DNA of 64,000 bases from the NCBI RefSeq assembly GCF_009914755.1, contig NC_060926.1; one strand, given 5' to 3'. The translations under genes and the position numbers were made by a program. Shown here piece by piece: positions 58,623 to 64,000 of the stretch; the first letter of the stretch is position 1; each line of letters begins with the position of its first letter. The notes beneath the pieces were generated by a model. That model saw nothing but the letters and a program-made list of their open reading frames with translations. It was not told where the DNA came from and searched no databases. Source of the stretch: the human T2T-CHM13v2.0 reference genome, Homo sapiens.

Positions 58623-61600
58623 GGGGGAATGGCTAAGATGGCCAACTAGAAGCAGCTAGTATGTGGGGCTCTCATGGAGAGGAATGGAAGGGGTGACTAA
58701 ATACAGCACCTTCAGCTGAAGCATCCAGGTACTCGCATTGGGACTAATCAAGGAAACAATTCAACCCATGGAGAACAAAGAAAAGCAAGGCAGGATGACA
58801 GCCCACCCAGGAGCAACATGGAGCCAAGGAAACCTGCTCCACCCAGGAAAGTGGTGAGTGAATGTGTGACCCCAGGGACCCATGCTTCTCTCATGGATCT
58901 TCACAACTCTTGGGTCTGGACATCCCCTTGTGAACCCACTCCACCAGGGCCGTCATTCTGACACACAGAGCTATGTGGAATCTTGGCAGAGCAGCTGCTT
59001 AGGCATGCACAGAGACCTGGGAGCCCTAGATACTTTCTGGGCTTCCTGACAAAAGTAGCTGCAACTCCAGCAAAGCAGGAGTTTAGACCCCTGTACATTT
59101 AGAATTTTAGCCAGCTTACATCTCTCTGGGATGGAGTACCCAGGAGACAAGCAAAGTGATGGGGCAGCAAGCCAGCTAATGTGGAGCCCAGAGAAGTTGG
59201 TGAGGGAGTATCTGCAGCAGAATGTGGCCAGGAACAACCATTCCTCTAGGGTCCACTTGCTTTCATAAGAGACCTTAGCCCTAGGGGAACTGTTGGACCT
59301 TATCTCAGCAGGGTTGTCTTGCATATCAGATGGGGCTCGTTCAACCTGAGGACTCTTTGGTCTGCTGACCTCTCCTGGGGCCCCAACCTGGCCTACAGGG
59401 CAGTCTTGTGTGTCCTGAGGGCCCCCACCATCACTTTGGCACCAGAGATTCAGTGAGGTGGCCCCTACGGCTGGGCACAAGCCCACAAGTTCCTTCCCCA
59501 TAGTGCAGCTTCCTCCACCACATGGAAACTTCCAACATCACTTTACAGGCATGTGTCTACATGGAAAGTTTTGCTTCACTTGCCCTGACAGCATATGGTA
59601 GTACGGCCAGCCCCCTGCCACTTTGACCAACTGCTATAGTAGATGGAGACTTGGTGGGTACACAAGCCAGCAGGTCCCACCCCTGCCAGCACCCAACGCT
59701 TGTGGTAATACCTCTGAGAGAACAGAGGATCCTCCCATACCCTAAGTTATCTTTCCTGCTTGCAGGGCACAGAAAATGCACCCAGGCATGTGCTGGCTAG
59801 CACCCTGCCCCAAATGAACACCACCTCCAGCGCAACAGCACACAGTCTCCAGCAGGGGCCCCCCACTCCTCTCCCAGCTTCCTTGTCTCCACCACTGTGG
59901 TGAACTTCCACAGAGAGTCAGGCACCCCAGCAACTGCTAGCACTCTGCTGCTACTGCTGCACCTGGGTCCCCCCCCCAGCACAGTAGACTCTGAACCTCA
60001 AGGAGCCAGAGAACAAAGTGAGGGCTGGATACAAGTTCCCCAAAATTAGAACACACAGTTTAGGAGTTGCGAGCTGACCATTGCCCCCTAAAATATTCCA
60101 GAAATGAAGCCAGTTGACCGAATTCATCTTATACCACAACTAAACTCTCAAGATCATTAAATAGAAAAAAAAAACAAAAAACAAACAAACAAACAAAAAA
60201 TGCCTAAAGGTCAGAAACCTTAAAGACTGAAGGTATATAAGCACACAAATATGGGAAAGAATCATCAAAAGAATACTGACAACTCAAAAAGCCAGAGTGC
60301 CTTCTTTCCTCCAAATGACCACATCACCTCTGCGGTGAGGGTTTGAGACTGGGTTGAGGCTGAGATGGCTGAAATCACAGGAATAAAATTTAGAATATAG
60401 ACAGGGACAAAATTCATTGAGCTACAGGAGTACAGTGTAACCCAATGCAAGGAAGACAAAAATCAAGATAAAACATTGCAGGAGCTGAAAGACAAAATAA
60501 CCAGTGTAGAGAAAAAAAGTAACCAACCCGATAGAGCTGAAAAACACACTATGAGAATTTCATAATGAAATCACAGGTACTAATAGGAGAATAGACCAAG
60601 TGAAGAAAAGAATCTCAGAGACTGAAGACTTCCTTTCTGAAATAAGACAGGCAGAGAAGAACAGAGAAAAAAGAATAAAAAGGAAAAAACTAAACATTCA
60701 AGAAATATGGCATTATGTAAAGAGGCCAAATCTACAACTGATTGATGTGCCTGAAACAGATGGAGAGAATGGAACCAACTTGGAAAACATATTTTAGGAT
60801 GCTATCCAGGAGCACTTCCCCAGCCTAGCTATAGACACCAACATTCAAATTGAGGAAATGCAAAAATCCCCAGTAATATACTCCACAAGAAGATCATCTC
60901 CAAGACACATAATCATCAGATTCTCCAAGGTCAAAATGAAAGAAAAAATGTTAAAGGCAGTTAGAGAGAAATGTTAGATGACCTATGACCTACATAAGGA
61001 AGCCTATAAGACTAACAGTGGGCCTTTCAGCTGAAACCCTTCAAGCTAAGATAGATTGGGGTCAATATTCAACATTCTTAAGGAAAATAAATTCCATCCC
61101 AGTATTTCATATTCAGCCAAACTAAGCTTAATAAGTGAAGGAGAAATAAGATTCTTTTCAGACAAGCAGATGCTGAGGGAATTTGTTACCACCAGACCTG
61201 CCTTACAAGAGCTCCTGAAGGAAGCACTAATTATGGAAAGGAAAGATTGTTACCAACCACTACAAAAACACACTGAAGTACACAGACCAGTGACACTATA
61301 AAGCAAGCATATACCTAGTAACCAGCTAGCATCATGATGACAAGATCAAATTTACACATAACAATATTAAACTTAAATGTAAATAGGCTAAATCCTCCAA
61401 TTAAAAGACACGGAATGGCAAGCTGGATAAAGAACAAAGAACCATCAGTATGCTATCTTCAAGACACCCATCTCACATGCAAAGACTCTAGATAAGCTCA
61501 AGATAAAAAAAATGGAGGACAATTTACCAAGAAAATAGAAAACAGTAAAAAGTAGGGGTTGCAATCCTAGTTTCTAACAAAACAGACTTTAAATCAACAA

Positions 61601-62775
61601 AGATCAAAAAAGACAAAAAAAGGCATTACATAATAGTAAAGGGTTTTATTCAACAAGAAGAGCTAACTATCCTAAATATATATACTTCCAATGCAGGAGC
61701 ACCCAGATTCATAAAGCAAGTTCTTAGAGACCTTCAAAGAGACTTAGACACCCACACAATAATAGTGGAAGACTCTACACCCCAATATCAATATTAGAAA
61801 TATCATCGAGACAGAAAATTAAAAGAGATATTCAGGAACTGAACTTAGGTCTGGATCAACTTGACCTTACAGATATCTATAGAACTTGCCACTCCAAAAC
61901 AATAAAATATGCATTTTTCTCTGTGCCACATGGCATTTACTCTAAAATTGATCACATAATCAGAAGTAAAACACTCCTCAGCAAATACAAAACAACTGAA
62001 ATCAAAACAAATCTTTCAGACCACAGCACAGTCAAATTAGAACTTAAGGTTAAGAAATTTACTTAAAACCACACAACTACACGGAAATTGAACAACCTGC
62101 TCCTGAATGACTCGTGGGTAAATAGTGAAATTAAGGTAGAAATCAAGAAGTTCTTTGAAAATAATGAAAACAAAGATACAGCGTACCAGAATCTCTGGGA
62201 CACAGCTAAAGCTGTGTTAAGAGGAACATTTATAGCACTAAGTGCCCACATCAGAAAGCTAGAAAGATCTCAAGTTAACAACCTAACATCACAACTAAAA
62301 GAACTAGAGAACCAAGAGCAAACAAACCAAAAAGATAGCAGAAGACAAGAAATAACCAAGATCAGAGCAGAACTGAAGAAGATAGAGAGACAAAAAACCC
62401 TTCAAAAATTTAACAAATGCAGGTGCTGTTTTTTTGAAAAAAAATTAATAAAATAGGCTGCTAACTACACTAATGAAAAAGAGAAGAATCAAATAAACAC
62501 AATCAGAAATGATAAGGGGGATACCACCACTGACCCAACCAAAATACAAACAACCATCAGAGAATACTATAAACACCTCCAAGCACATAAACTAAAAAAT
62601 CTCAAAGAGATGGATAAATTCCTGGATGCATACATTCTCCCAAGACTGAAACAGGAAGAAATTGAATCCCTAAATAGACCAATAAGGAGTTCTGAAAAGG
62701 GGGCAGTATAAAATAGCCTACCAACCAAAACAAGCCCAGGACCATGTGGATTCTCACTGAATTCCACCAGAAGTA

Positions 62776-62821
<46 letters not shown>

Positions 62822-64000
62822 AACATTTCTTCTGAAACTATTCCAAACAAACGAAATGGAGGGAATCCTCCCTAACTCATTCTGTGAGGTCAGCATCATC
62901 CTGATACCAAAACCTGGCAGAAATACAACAACAACAAAAAACTTGGGGCCAATATCCTTGATAAACATTGATGCAAAAATTCTCAATAAAATACTGGCAA
63001 ACCAACTCCATCAGCACATCAAAAAGTTTATTCACCAGAATTAAGGCAGCTTCATCCCCAGGATGCAAGTTTGGTTCAACATATGCAAATCAATAAATGT
63101 GATTCATCACATAAACGGAATTAAAGAAAAAATCATGACTATCTCAATAGATGTAGAAAAGGCCTTTGATAAGATTCAACATTTCTTAATGTGAAAAATT
63201 CTCAATACACCAGGTATTGAGAGAACATACCTCGAAATAATAAAAACCGCATATGACAAACCCACCAATATCATGCTGAAGGGCAAAAGCTGGAAGCATT
63301 TCCCTTAAAAACAGGTACAAGACAAGGATGCCCTCTCTCAACACTCCTATTCAACATAGTAATGGAAGTTCTGGCCAGGGCAATGAAGCAAGAGAAGGAA
63401 ATAAAATGTATACTAATAGGAAGAGAGAAAGTCAAACTATCTGTATTTTCAGGTCACGTGATTCTATATCTAGAAAACCCCATCATCTCAGCCCAAAAAC
63501 TTATTAAGCTGGTAAACAACTTCAGCAAAGTCTCCTGATACAAGATTAATCTGTAAAAAATTACTAGCATTCCAAAACACCAACAACCATCAGGCCAAGA
63601 GCCAAATTATGAATGAACTCCCATTCACAATTGCCACAAAAATAATAAAATACCTAGAAATAGAGCTAAGTAGGGAGGTGCAAGATTTCTACAAGGAGAA
63701 ATACAAACCGCTGCTCAAAGAAATCAGAGATGACACAAACAAATGCATAAACATTCCGTACTCATTTCATGCTCATGGATTTCATGATCATTGGAAGAAT
63801 CAATATTGTTAAAATGGGCATATTGCCCAAAGCAATTTACAGATTCAATGCTATTTCTATTAAACCACCATTGAGATTCATTTTAAAATCCATATGGATC
63901 CAAAAAAGAGCCCAGATAGCAAAGGCAATCCTAAGCAGAAAGAACAAAGCTGGAGGTATCATGATACCCAACTTGAAACTATATTACAAGTCTACAGTAA
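58623..64000 (+). mobile_element. 5'-complete L1P3-type (about L1PA10-13) LINE-1, ORFs disrupted, continues past the window edge
   Basis: 5' end 'gggggaatggctaagatggccaactagaagcagc' with YY1 motif; ORF1 ATG at 60251 (IQEIWHYVKRPNL, REFVTTRPALQELLKEAL); ORF2 ATG at 61337; RT region 'aaaacaggtacaagacaaggatgccctctctca' at ~63310. Confidence 0.92.

Noticed and set aside
58901-60139. Cluster of minus-strand ORFs
   Set aside because: Chance ORFs in the GC-rich L1P3 5' UTR with no recognisable protein motifs

Overview
AT-rich, CpG-poor primate (most likely hominoid) genomic DNA made mostly of interspersed repeats. I find no intact protein-coding gene, RNA gene or CRISPR array. The ORF track is almost entirely LINE-1/Alu/LTR remnants, low-complexity sequence or chance ORFs. 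The one gene-derived feature is a processed pseudogene of PSMD14 (Rpn11/POH1 JAMM deubiquitinase, ~12930-14761, +) with an AluY in its 5' UTR. The window also holds a full-length L1PA6-like element (50010-56125, -), a 5'-complete L1P3-type element running off the right edge (58623-64000, +), several older L1M/L1PB/L2/MIR copies, solo LTRs (MER61-like, THE1, MLT1A, MSTA, MER11), MaLR and ERVL proviral relics, and DNA-transposon fossils (Zaphod-like hAT, MER30, Tigger-like). I cannot support a new biological system here. The best second-look signals are structural fossils of retrotransposition and repair: (1) a ~120-bp inverted templated copy of a three-element junction placed at an L1 ORF1 deletion; (2) a TSD-less L1PA2 nested at the inversion point of a twin-primed L1PA4; (3) a twin-primed L1 whose non-inverted part is only poly(A); (4) a 10-nt deletion in the PSMD14 retrocopy that may record an alternative splice donor. 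Subfamily names come from recalled consensus motifs, not a RepeatMasker run, and boundaries of old repeats are approximate.
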